A stretch of 64,000 bases of DNA, from NCBI GenBank assembly GCA_002269645.1, contig NIVC01000550.1, positions 277,172-341,171 of the forward strand. Direction: 5' to 3'. The stretch is from Macrostomum lignano (Eukaryota). The notes beneath the pieces are model-generated. The model did not search any database and was not told the DNA's origin. It saw only the letters and a list, made by a program, of their open reading frames with translations. Below are positions 36,483 through 48,423 of the stretch, in pieces; within the stretch, counting starts at the first letter, position 1, and every line of letters begins with the position of its first letter. The position numbers and the translations under genes were made by a program.

Positions 36483-37144
36483 CATATTTATAATAAAATT
36501 CTAGGTGGGGGTAGGCTGGCCACTTCAGTCTTGAGGGGTAAAGTGACCATCTCTGTACCTGCACCCCTCTTGGATCCACCACTAGGCCTATCCTCCACCA
36601 CTATCCGCCACTGTGGGACAAAACATTATTGATGACAAATTTGTAGTTTAGTCTAGCAAATGCTGCCTGATAGTTACCAATGGTGATATGCAGGAATTCT
36701 CCAAACCTTTCTGGAAATGAACAACTCTGATTGGGCTAATAGCTAAGCAAATGGTAATGTGTAATCTTTTCTGCAAACCAATTTATCTATAGACGGGTTA
36801 TTCCATGATAAGTAAAGGTCAGATGGGATCCCAATCCCGATCCCGAAATCTCAGGATCCCAAGGAAAATTGGATTCCTGCAGGACTAGAATCCTGACCCT
36901 AAAAAACACAAGAAAGGGGAACAGGTCTTTTGATTAAAAATTTATAGAATTAGTGATTACTTGAATGTATTTTGTTTTACCTTGTACTCATTACATTATT
37001 AATTTGTTGGTTACAAAACTTTGCATCAATTTTGTTGTATTCTACTTTTTGATCTTGATATTTTTAGCTCAATTTTGTTTAACTTTATATGGACCTATAA
37101 GCTACAATACACTAAAAGACCTGATCCCAAATCCCGATCCCGGT

Positions 37145-37315
37145 CATGCTTGGGCACAACCTAGGGATTCACCCGGCCATTTCTATTGGCAACACACACA
37201 TGTAAGTCGCTATTGGACAGAATAGTAGTCACGTGACTGCTCTTAGCCAATAGCGACTTACATGTGTGTGTTGCCAATAGAAACAGCCGAGTGATTCCCA
37301 AGGTTGCGCATGTAT
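37145..37315. mobile_element. Near-perfect palindromic MITE centred on GTCACGTGAC, inside an ATCCC(G/A)-repeat element (about 36810-37385)
   Basis: The arms mirror each other around CACGTG at 37230-37235. Confidence 0.8.
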
Positions 37316-38570
37316 GATCCCAATCCTGAGAAAAAAATTTTTCTTGATCCCAATCCTGCTCAAAGATTTCAATCCCGTCCAACCTCTAATGATAAGGTCA
37401 TCAAAGGCATAGAATTTTTTTTTTAATTATTTGCAAATGTCTACAGACTCTGTACCATGCTCGACCTTGCAATTGTTGTAGCCAAGTGTCAAAACCTAAT
37501 TTGTCTATAAAGATCTTATGAGTCACAACAACTTCTACTAAACAAAGCCAGTCATAGAACTCCACACACATTATAGAACTACTTGTGGTTGATTTTGTCT
37601 AGCTGGAAGATCCCTGGCTAACTTGGTAGTGAATAAAGCTCTATTTAACTTCTTGCTAATAGTTTTATTTGTTACTTGTGGTTTGATTGGAAAGTTTTGA
37701 CAAAGGTTGGCATTTAACTATAAGTACTTTACTATAATTAGGGGATTCACTTCCACTTCAGCTTTGATGAATGTTTGCATTTCTTGATCCCACTTTTTTG
37801 TTTTGTACCTACTCTTGGTTGCTTCTCTAGCCTTCCAGATTATATAATTATATACACTGTGGTTCTTTTTATGCCTAACTAGCATGCCAAGTCTGCAAAG
37901 TCTTCTCTTTCAAATTCTCCAATAATTCTAGCTCTATCGGCATTGCTAATCCTATTGTTTGTCTAGTGCTGCTGACCATAAGGCTCACCAACTTGATGTT
38001 TGGCCATCACAACACTCTGCCATCCTCCTCTAGCAGGTCAACTGAGTTTTCTTTGTTAGTTGCCATATCTATTTTGAAAGGGAATTGTTTCTTTTGAACT
38101 TCTTGATATTCAATCTAGTGAAATATATATACATGATTCAACCATAGACAGTTGTGTCAGTTTTTATTGAAATGTTTGTGTCTCTTTTGAACTACATTTT
38201 GTCTTTATTGATTTTCTTTTTGGTCTCTCCCCCATAAGGTTTTGTAGCAACCAAAATCCTATGTTTGAATTTCTATGTCTGTGTTCTTTTAATTGATTTC
38301 TGGTTCTGTTGATCCCCTTGATTCCGCCACAGAAGCAAGCTTTAACCATAGATAAAATGCCAATGTTTGAATTGAAATGGCTGTCTGTTTTGAACTGGGG
38401 TTTGTTTTTATTGATTTTCCATAAGTGTTGCCCCAGTCTGAATTGTCTAAATTGACTTTCTGCTAGTTTTTTTAGAATTGGACTTTGATCAAAATTGAAC
38501 ATAAAAAGGTATAGTTTCTGTAACAAAGGTAAAACATATCAATGAAAAAGGCCACACTCTGGATCATGTA

Positions 38571-40091
38571 TAAGGGATGTGCAAAAAAGTTTTGGCAATT
38601 GGGTTCCCAATTGCAAATAAATTGTTAATAAATATTTAAACTCTATTAAAGTCTTCCTCTCTAAATGTAATCTCTGCCACATTCTATGCATTTCTAATGA
38701 CAATAGATTCATGCCTCAAAGGCAGCACAGTACTCTGAAGCTAGCATGGTGTTTAGCTCTGAATTCATGCAGCAAGCCAGGTCCTTAGGCCACTGAAAAT
38801 GGCATCTAGCCATGTATTTGGTCAGCTTTAGGAAGGCCTAGAAGTCGCAATGTGCCAAGTCAAGATGGTATAAAGGGTGCAGTATCACTTTAAGCTTGTT
38901 ATCAGCCAAAAGCTTATCATGGCTGCAGTGTGGCTAGAGGTGTTGTTGTGGTGCTAGTGAATTCTGCCACTTTAGAGGTAGGTTAGCTGCTTTTCCATGA
39001 TTGAAGCCACAATTTAAAGAAAAACCTTACTAGTATAAATGTGGCATTGATGTTCTGTCCATTTGGCACTATAAAAACTATTCCTGGCCCATTGATGCTG
39101 AAAATGATAACAAATATCTATGTCTATGAGTGAAACCCAGGTTGTAGAACAGTTGAACAGTCTTTATTGGAACCAATCCAAACCTTGTTTTGTTTCTTAT
39201 TGGGCACTTAAAAGTAGTAAAACCACTTCTTGTCACTATTCACAACATCAATAAGTTGCTATTGCCACCTTTGCTGAAGCATTGCAGAAATTCTTGGTTG
39301 CATCAAACCATCTCCTGCTTCTGCTCTGCAGTGTGTAGGTGTGGCATCCAATGGGCTATGACCTTGCAAAGGCCAAGATGTTCATGCAAGATAGTTTAGA
39401 CACTGCCACCAGAAATGCCTATTGTTTGGCTAAGTAGTGCAACAGTGATATTGCAATCTTTGTCCACCAGCTATCGCATAGCTACAATGTTCTGCTTGGT
39501 TGTGGATGTTATTGGCCTCTCAGAAAGCATTGACTAGCACTGACCAATTCAATCCAACAGGTGACGGTGCGGTATGAAGGGGCCTGATCTGCTACAACTT
39601 GGACTAGCTTAGCATGAATTTTGGTGGCATTTTCTCCAAGCTACAATTGTATTAAAACAAAATCTGTACTGATATATATATATATATATATATATAAGGA
39701 AAGCAGATGTTTGTCATCTTTTTCAGCATTAATGGGCTAAAGATAGTTGTTATAGTGCCAAATGGATAGGACATATATATATATATAGCAACAAAGAGTA
39801 GCATAGACAAAAAGAGATCTAGCTAGTCTTTGCATAGACACGTTTGCAGAATAACTGAGAGGGACAAGTCATGGCAGACTGATCAGCAGTGATATTTTCC
39901 ATTTGAAGGCTGAAAACAAGACTATACATTAAGCAAAATGCTTTAAGAAACAAAAAAATCCATGCAATAAGCTGAAACTTTATGAACAAACGTAAAATAT
40001 ACTCATATTTATGAGATTAAAAAATGGTTGCATTTAAATATTAATTTAAAAAGTTATGAGCCAGTTGCCAAAACATTTTGCATACCCCTCA
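38571..40091 (-). mobile_element. Decayed full-length mariner element
   Basis: About 30-bp TIRs (TAAGGGATGTGCAAAAAAGTTTTGGCAA / TGAGGGGTATGCAAAATGTTTTGGCAA), each next to TA. The minus-strand transposase remnant includes APSYRTV and HPLYHLDLAHCDF (HPPYSPDLAP). Confidence 0.85.
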
Positions 40092-40400
40092 TAGTATATA
40101 TCCAAAATTTTGGGGATGTGTGTATTCTTACTCAATTTTTATATATATTTGTAACTATTCAATTTTTGTTTAGGCATGCACCTAGCATGATCTGGACTAT
40201 ATGAAAAGGTAGCAGTTAAGAGGTGATGGGAGTGTGAATAAAAAAACCAATATATTAATTGAATATGATTGAACTTTGTGTGATTGCAAGTTGTAAAGAA
40301 GTAATAGACAGCACTTATTTTATAATTGTGGAAGTGTAGCTCGTCTAACAAATAGTAGGAAAATAAACGTCAACAAAAACATAAAAAGTAAACTTTGTTT

Positions 40401-40451
40401 AATTCTAGCCAACACGTTTTGTCAAACATAAGACTTCATCAGGGCAAATTC
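40401..40451 (-). ncRNA. Degenerate hammerhead ribozyme (left pLTR)
   Basis: GCC-CTGATGA-A-GTC-ttatgttt-GAC-AAAA-CGTG-TT-GGC; G12 is replaced by A. Confidence 0.65.
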
Positions 40452-41497
40452 AATCAACCTAAGATCACACCACCAATATATTTAAGCAAAAATCACTGTA
40501 CAGTCCAGAGGCGGGTCAAAACAGTCTGGTAGAATTTAGAAAGTGCCAAGTACACAACAAAGTGAGAGAGAGAAAAAAATAATAAATAGGCACGGCTCTG
40601 CTCACAGTACTCTTAGCTCACGCTCTACCCCATTGCCAGCAAGCTGCACATTCAGGTTGGGTTTGTGCATTCTGATATACAAAGCTTTGATAATCTTAAG
40701 CTTATGGTCAAATTTGCACCCATCCAACACTCTAAAGAGCTGAATCGGTTCACCGTCACAGCATTTTTTACAAACAAGCAGACTTTTTGCAAACTTTTTG
40801 CATTGCAAGAAAGAATTCAGCAAAGTTTCTTGCGATGCGAGACCCAGGCAACTGGAGATAGATTCTTGGGACGCTCTGTTGGTTCTCCCATTTTTTGGCA
40901 ACGCTTCGCTTGACTTCAGGAAAAAAAAAGGAGAAAACGTTTAGCAAATGGCTTAAGTGCATCGTTAGGATTGTGTTTCGCACCAAAAAGATCGGTCGCT
41001 ATGCTAGCAGGCTCAAGTCAGCTGTTCCACTTGCTCTAAGGGCTGGTGTTGTTTACCAATTTAGCTGCTCTGAGGATCAGAGTGTTTCCTACATTGGAAA
41101 AACGAAGCGACACCTGCATACTAGAGCTAGGGAACATTGGCTAAAAAGCTCTGCAATTAATGACCATCTGCTTGTTTGTAAAAAATGCTGTGACGGTGAA
41201 CCGATTCAGCTCTTTAGAGTGCTGGATGGGTGCAAATTTGACCATAAGCTTAAGATTATCGAAGCTTCGTATATCAGAATGCACAAACCCAACCTGAATG
41301 TGCAGCTTGCTGGCAATGGGGTAGAGCGTGAGCTAAGAGTACTGTGAGCAGAGCCGTGCCTATTTATTATTTTTTTCTCTCTCTCACTTTGTTGTGTACT
41401 TGGCACTTTCTAAATTCTACCAGACTGTTTTGACCCGCCTCTGGACTATACAGTGATTTTTGCTTAAATATATTGGTGGTGTGATCTTAGGTTGATT

Positions 41498-41548
41498 GAA
41501 TTTGCCCTGATGACATCTTGTGTTTGACGAAAGGCGTTGGCTAGAATT
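41498..41548 (+). ncRNA. Degenerate hammerhead ribozyme (right pLTR, sense to RPL23A)
   Basis: GCC-CTGATGA-C-ATC-ttgtgttt-GAC-GAAA-GGCG-TT-GGC; the 10.1 and 15.2 pairings are broken. Confidence 0.65.
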
Positions 41549-43419
41549 AAACAAAGTTTACTTTTTATGTTTTTGTTGACATTTATTTTCCTATTATTTT
41601 ATAATATACATGTAAATGTCAAATGTAATAATAAAAAAGGTCCTGATTGTCAGAATATAAAAAAGTCTTTTATTAATATTGTTATAACACAAAAGTAAGA
41701 TTGTATGACTTTTAAATTTTAGCATGACATGACAAAGTTGTATTTCCATTTTTTGCATACTTGGTGTACACCAAAATTTTGCCCAAAAAACTCTGGCATA
41801 CACCAGACACCTTGACTATGACTAGTCACTTAGGTCATGTCTCATTAATTTATTAACTATTTTAGTCTTAAAATAGTTCATCCTAAGACCATTTTTGCCA
41901 TAAAATTCAAGCAATTAAAAAGTCTTTACACAAGTTTTAGTAATTTTGTAATTGGAATTTTTTATATTATGAGGTTTTGTAAAATACCTTTTGTTGACCA
42001 TAAATGTCAATTAGATAAGCCAGATAGGCTAATAGTTATATTATATATAGTCCTATATAGATCCAATCCAGCAATCCTACTCCTATAGCTAAGCTAGCAT
42101 GGCTCATAGCTAGAATTGCTAAAATCTTATAGCTTAAATGAAGGTGTTAAGATGTCTAGATTCATATACAATTGTTAATATGACAAGTATTGTATAAAGG
42201 GATTTCTGGGATGTCAAAGCTTTTAAGAAGGCTGTTTAAATGATATTGCTTAAAAAGGTTGAGCCAAAGCTTATAGGGGATTATACAGAATGTATATAAA
42301 AGACCACTAATATGTTTGGCTAGATAGGCCTAGCTGGCATTTAGGACAGATACTTTTTGTTTTAAACTTTTTTATTATATAGAGTATGTTTTATTATTAT
42401 ATTTTAGAAATGCTTCTTTATAAGAAATGTTTTACTTAAAAAAATTGATAAAATGTCAATCTATTGACATTGTTTTAGTAACAATAAAAAACATTTTGAA
42501 ATAGATTTAAATAGCTTAGTAACATATATGTTATATTTAAATGTTTTTTATTTGTGTATCTGTACCATATATTAATACTATTGAATAATAATAATTGATT
42601 ACACTTTCCTAATGGGCAGATATGCAACTGACAACTCAGCCACAGCTATTATGGGTAGGCTGCCTAGGTTGAAATGCAATTGAAACGCTCTACATTTGTC
42701 CGCCGTCACTGTCTATGGTCAATGCAAATCTGCTCAAGACTGATTTAAGCATGAGTAAAATTGGATAACTTTTCGTCTCAGTATATTTCACTGCGAGAGC
42801 AAACACAACATGAATGAAACACGAAATAAACGAAAGAATTCAGTAAATAACATGGTTAACGTGGTTGGATAGTTCATCAATAGTTACCTGAAATACATGG
42901 TCGTAGTTAGAAACTGCAATCCACAACACATCTGTCTAGCGTGGTGTAATGTTGAATGTGCTTGGATTGGACAATTCTGCGTCAATCAACTGCTGCTGTC
43001 TTATGCTCAGACCAGTCCACTGACTAACTTCTTCACCAGGATCACGATGTCCAAGTTGCTGCAGAAATGCAATCTCATTCATTTCTAAACTGCTAATATC
43101 TTCCTCTAGTATTGATTCCCAGTGAAAAATGGCTAGTTCCGAACCTTTAAAGCTGTTTAAATCTTATTTTTCTCTCGACCCACCCACCAGGAGAAGAATG
43201 CTTCAAACTCTATTTGGGTTTCAACCATAGACAGTCTCCGCGGACTTCGAAACCGCCACTAAGCATATAGCTAAAGCTTTTTCAACCATAGACAGTTTCT
43301 GTGGACGTGAAACCGCGTTGTGCGTCCGCGCTTCAGCCTACCCATAACACTAATATGGACTGGCTGTTCGGACTCGGCCTCGGCGTTTCAGTTAATTTCA
43401 GTCCTCAACAGCCAGTCTA

Positions 43420-43672
43420 TATTAATATATTGCAGGGCACATCTGAAGGCTGCATATGGCTATTTAGTCCAAGGACTAGGGAAGGGGGTTGCCACACACT
43501 GAATTACCCCAGCTAAATGCTGGTTCCCATTTTATAGCTAGTTGAACTGAAGCAATGTAGAGTTAAGTGTCTTGCTTTAGGACACAAATTGTTCCAAGTT
43601 GGTTGAGAATCGAACTTCCAACTTCACAACATCAGTTGTGGATCTGACACTCTAACAAACCCTGTATCCATA
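43420..43672 (-). mobile_element. tRNA-derived SINE with conserved central domain
   Basis: The minus strand has an A-box-like ...GTTAGAG and B box GTTCGATTC, then GTGTCC..AGCAAGACACTTAACTC...CAGTTCAACTAGCTATAAAATGGGAACC, typical of metazoan SINE cores. Confidence 0.7.
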
Positions 43673-43829
43673 ACAAATGGCATATAAATGAATATTTACC
43701 TGCATAGCATGGTATAATATACTCGTATGCTGCACATTCTTTAGGGTATTGTCTACCAATCTGGCCACTTTGGAGTACTATAAATCAAGTTTTCTTAAAT
43801 TCAGTTATAAACCTTTTCTATACCCGCAG

Positions 43830-44248
43830 TGACAAAGGCGCTCAAGGCCAAGGGCCAGCAGTTAAAAGGGGCGCAGCAGCTGCGTAAGCGGAAGATCCGG
43901 GCCTCGCCGCGGTTTAAGCGGCCAGACACCTACCGCCCGCCCCGCACCCCCAAGTACGCGCGCCGCTCACTGCCCCGTCGCAACTCGCTTGACGCATTTA
44001 AGATAATGCAATACCCGCTGACCACCGAGTCTTCAATGAAGAAGATCGAAGAGCAGAACACCCTTGTGTTCATCGTTGACAAGCGGTCCAGCAAACCACT
44101 GATCAAGGACGCGGTGAAGAGGCTATATGACATTCAGGCCAGCAAGGTGAACACCTTGATCCGGCCGGACGGTCTGAAGAAGGCCTATGTAAAGTTGAGC
44201 GCAGAGCACGACGCGCTTGACGTGGCCAATAAGATTGGCATCATCTGA
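43830..44248 (+). CDS. RPL23A: 60S ribosomal protein L23a (uL23), exon 2
   Basis: cccgcag acceptor at 43829; [22 protein letters not shown]...[18 protein letters not shown]...DVANKIGII*; AATAAA about 55 nt after the stop. Confidence 0.97.
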
Positions 44249-45060
44249 GCTCATCTAGCTTGGCATGATCAAAATTTCAGAATTTAAACTGGCTTAAATG
44301 CTTGAATAAACTGAAATTGATAAAAATTAAACTGTTCGCTCAATTGCTGCTAGTTGGATAAATTGCATTGGCTTCAGAATAGGTTATTTCTCTTATTATT
44401 AACGCAACATTTGAGGCGACTCATTCGGCCACTGTACTTTTCGACTAGGAAAAATTCGTCTTTCCCATTATGCATTTCTTGAAATACGACTCCGGGTTTG
44501 GATCGAATCAAAGATCGCACCGCCGACCGAAACCGAGGCACCGGCTACCAACGTCAGTCAGCAGGCTCGCAGTCAGTCAATAAACGCCTCTCATTGCTGC
44601 TCTGATGCCTGCAGCTGCTGTGGGCAGTAGACTGCGCGAATGCTTTGAATATAATACAGTATATCTAAAGAAGTGAACTGCACAAGTGCCAGTGGGTTTG
44701 TATTTCTAAATAATTTTGTACTTGAATTTAGAAAATAAGTAAAAGCCAACGAAATTTGTGATTGAAAAAGTCAGAGTGTATAGCAACGTGAAAGCCTTGG
44801 GCTGGCTGTGAGAGTTTGTTACAGTACGAGTAGAAAGAACAGCTTTGAGGTATGATGGTTTGTAGTGCTGTTCAGTAACAAGCGTTTGGAATAATTGTAC
44901 AGAGTAGTGATACATTTGCCTATGCATCTTTATAGATTTTTATTCATGCCGGCATAAAATTCAACAAGTTCGGGAGTCATTAAGATTAACCGGAACCTCT
45001 TCTTTTATTTTACTTCCAACTTGTGTATCCATCATTGACCAACCCCCATCGTTCACCTAG

Positions 45061-48000
45061 CTAACCTCTCCATCGTCGAACCACATCATTGACCCATCCA
45101 TGAAAATTTCCAGTCAAGACGACCCTCCGCAAACAGTCCGTCACCAGGTCGCTTACTTGACCGCCACCGGGTTCGGCCGCAACGGTATCGCGCAGCTGCT
45201 CCCAGTTGTCCGGGCCGACTGGCTTGCGGAGCTTTATTAGTTCGCCCACAGGCACTGGCTCGACTGTCGGCTCGCCGCTCGGCCCCTGCTGCCGGTCCGT
45301 AAACAGCTTCATCCGGTCAAATATGGTGGACTAACAGTCGGCGCCTGCAGCCGGTAGTTTATTGGGCCGACCTTGACGATGGTATACGGACCGGGCCATC
45401 GGTTTGACAGCGTCTCATGCACTGTCCGCGTTTCATCGCTTTGTGCTTTAGCATCACTCGTTTGCCGATCTTGAACTTGATCGTCTCAGCTCTTCAGTTG
45501 TATAGAACTCGTGCTGTGACCTCTGAGCAGCGTGCAGGTGTGCTCGCACAACCTGGAAGCCGCGCCGGATTCAGGCCTGCAGCTCCGCGAAGTCCTGCGG
45601 TGCTGGTCTTGCTTACCGAGCGCTAAATCGACCGGCAGTCTGAGCTCCAAGCCCCGCAGTACCTTGTACAGCGACTCGCCTGCGGAGCTGTGCGCAGCTG
45701 AGCTGTTGTAGGCCAACACGACATAGGGCAGCAGGGCGTACCAGCTTTGTCTGATTCTCCAATCAGAAGTCCGCTGAAACCATGTTTGCCATAAGCGTCC
45801 TGTCAAATCTCTCTACGTCTGAGGTGAAACGGTAAAGTCCGCGACTTTTTCACACAAAGCAGTGCGCATGTCTGCTTAAAACTTCAGTCTCAAGCAGTGA
45901 AACTCGTGACCTCGGTCGGAGTGCAGGACCTCAGGAACAACCATACCATAGCACAACGCTGGTCATCAGGGCTTGGCTACAGTCTAGACGTCGATTTGGC
46001 TGAGTTTCGCAGTCTTCAACCACTTTCAAAACGTATATGTATCGACGAAGCATAAACTTTCTAAACATAATGCTTGCCTGACTCCCTGACTGACAAAAAG
46101 GACCCATGCAATTGATGTCGAGCTGCACAACGGCCCAGGGCCTTGGCGTCAGGAAAGGCAGCAGCTTCTGAACCGCCACGTTCACTAATGCCGGAACTTG
46201 AAAATCCGGCTAGAGCTTTGCATGCAGAATCTGCTCCTGTTCTTGCTCCTCGGGCAGATAGGTGATCTGGAACTGTACTGCAGCTGCTCTACTGAGTGTC
46301 CAGCAGGCTGTTCTCCTTGCCCGGCCAATACATGATCTCCAGCGGTAACTCTTAGATGAGCTGCAGCCAAGGTACCAGCCGACCTGTAAGCTCCTTATAG
46401 TGTTGAGCTGGTGAACACCTGGATCGTGCTGTTGTTGCTCAGGTACATGCAAAACCGCTCCGTCTTGTTTAGCGCCCGATGCATAGGCCACATGCATGGC
46501 CTTCACACTCCTGGCTGAGCACCGCACCCAATGCGACAGCACTGCTACATCACATGTATCGCAGCTGATAATAACGGACTTGCTAAGGTCGGGTAGCGGA
46601 AGAACCGGAGTGTGGGTCAGCTTGTTCATAGCCGCAGCATGTTCAGCTGTCCACACAAAACTACCAGTGCCTTAGTGAGCCAAATGGTGCAGCGGCTTGG
46701 CGATATCGGAGAAGTTGAGCACGAATTGACAATAGAAGCTGAGCATGCCGATGATGCGCCGGACATCCTCCTCAGATTGAGGCTCCGGCATCTGCCTGAT
46801 CGTCACAACCTTCTCCGCAGCCGGTGCGATGCCGCTCTCAGAGACTTGGTCTCCCAGGTAAGTGACGCTCCGGTAATTAAGGAAGCTCTAGCCGGGATTC
46901 AGTTTCAGCTTGGCTGACCGCAGTCGTTGCAGCACATTGGACAGTGACTCGATGTGGCTCTCAAAATCCTTACTGAAAATGATCAAATCATCGATGTACG
47001 CTATGACCTCTTCCCAGCTCAGGCCGGTCATGATGAGCTCCATTTTTCGCTGGTACGTCGTGGGCGCGTTGCACATGCCGAAGCCCATTTTTCGGAATTG
47101 CATCAGCCCGCTCGGTGTGTGGAACGCCGCGTCAACAGCCGATCCTCCTCACTTGAAGGAAGCATTGGCGCATGACGATCGTGGAGAACCAAGAGCAGCA
47201 AGCCAAGGAATCGAGAGCATGCAAATGCGGCAGCGGAATGGCATCCTTCCCGGTCAGGTTGTTCAGCGCTCGCGAGTCAACGCAGACACGGATGTTGTTA
47301 TTTTTTTTCTGACGATCATCAGGTTGTTGACCCACGGGCTAGTAAAAGGTTCGATAACGGCTGGTTGAAGATGATCTGGTCCGGCTGTTTCTGACTCTGC
47401 TAACACTGAGCTGCGCGGTGTCCCAGCTGGCGTCAGTAAAAACAAGCGCCTCCTCGATGTGGGCGTCGACTTCGAGTGTCTGTTCCTGACTGCACACTGA
47501 CCCTTGCGATGAGCTCCTTCATGAGCCTCTCGGTCGTCGGTAAAATGGGTCGTCGGGTGGTCTTTCTGCTGAAGTAGCGCTGATAGAACTGACGCGACTG
47601 ACTGTCGCCACGATAGCTCCTCGAGCCGAGCCGCCCGCTGCAGCAGACTCTCCAAACTACAGGTCTCTGCGTCCTCTGCCTTGAGTAGGTTGTCACGGAT
47701 GTCAGTCTTAATTAGATGCACAAGCTTAAAGTGTACGTCCCAGTCTTGCTGATTTACAGAATCTTTCGGCCTTGCCTTATGATGAAGCAGCTTAAGGTTG
47801 AAACAGAGCTCACAAAGAGTCTCAGTGACTCCTCGCTTTCTCGAATAGAAGTCATTCATAGTCTTGAAGCTGTCGGATTCACCTCCAATAGAACGTTGTG
47901 AGGTCCGCTTTGATGTTCTTGAAGCTCTTCCGTCTTCTCTCATCGAGGTCCCAGACATCCTGCTGGGCTTCTCCAGTTGCAGCAGCTTCAATTCGACGCA

Positions 48001-48163
48001 GAAGTCTTGTCGTTATATTTCGCATCCTCGGAAAATTCTTCGAAGATACGCAGCCATTCTTACGTCAGTGCCGTCCGAGCCACTAAACTGGCGGTAACAG
48101 AGCGTTCTGGGCCATTAGCTAGTGCACTACGAGCGTATAGCGTGGAACTATCGCTGCCACCAA
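45061..48163 (-). mobile_element. Degenerate Gypsy LTR retrotransposon A (gag-RT-RNaseH-integrase remnants)
   Basis: MGFGMCNAPTTYQRKME...AYIDDLIIFS (RT), PVLPLPDLSKSVIISCD (RNase H) and GPGPY after the integrase. tRNA-Leu-like PBS TGGTGGCAGCG at 48162-48152. Confidence 0.85.
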
Positions 48164-48423
48164 TGTAAGAGCCGAGAATATAAGACAAAGTAAAAGAATT
48201 ATATTTTATAAATTTATATTTATAAACTGTCAGCGATTCAAATAAATGTTATAAAATCTTTTTTCGCACTTTGAATTCCTATTGCTACGCGCCTTGACGG
48301 GAGCAGACAGCTAGTAGGCGTATTTTAACAGAAGTAGACCCTTATATATATAAGGCGTATATACTCGTAAATATAATATACAGAAATACCCTACAGAAGT
48401 AGGGTGTAATGCAGTATTGCACA
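48164..48423 (-). mobile_element. Candidate 5' LTR of Gypsy A
   Basis: TG...CA ends directly upstream of the PBS. No matching 3' LTR was recognised. Confidence 0.55.

Larger units (their letters stand above)
40355..41597 (+). mobile_element. 5'-truncated Penelope-like element with inverted pLTR
   Basis: GIY-YIG ORF (AGVVYQFSC...SYIGKTKRHLHTRAREH). About 430-bp arms at about 40355-40782 and 41169-41597 are near-identical inverted copies. Confidence 0.9.

Noticed and set aside
43600-43672. tRNA gene
   Set aside because: It has A/B-box remnants but no cloverleaf, and it runs into a SINE body.
35493-43829. Intronic C/D snoRNA as in vertebrate RPL23A
   Set aside because: No convincing RUGAUGA/CUGA pair with a terminal stem was found by eye; a computational scan is needed.
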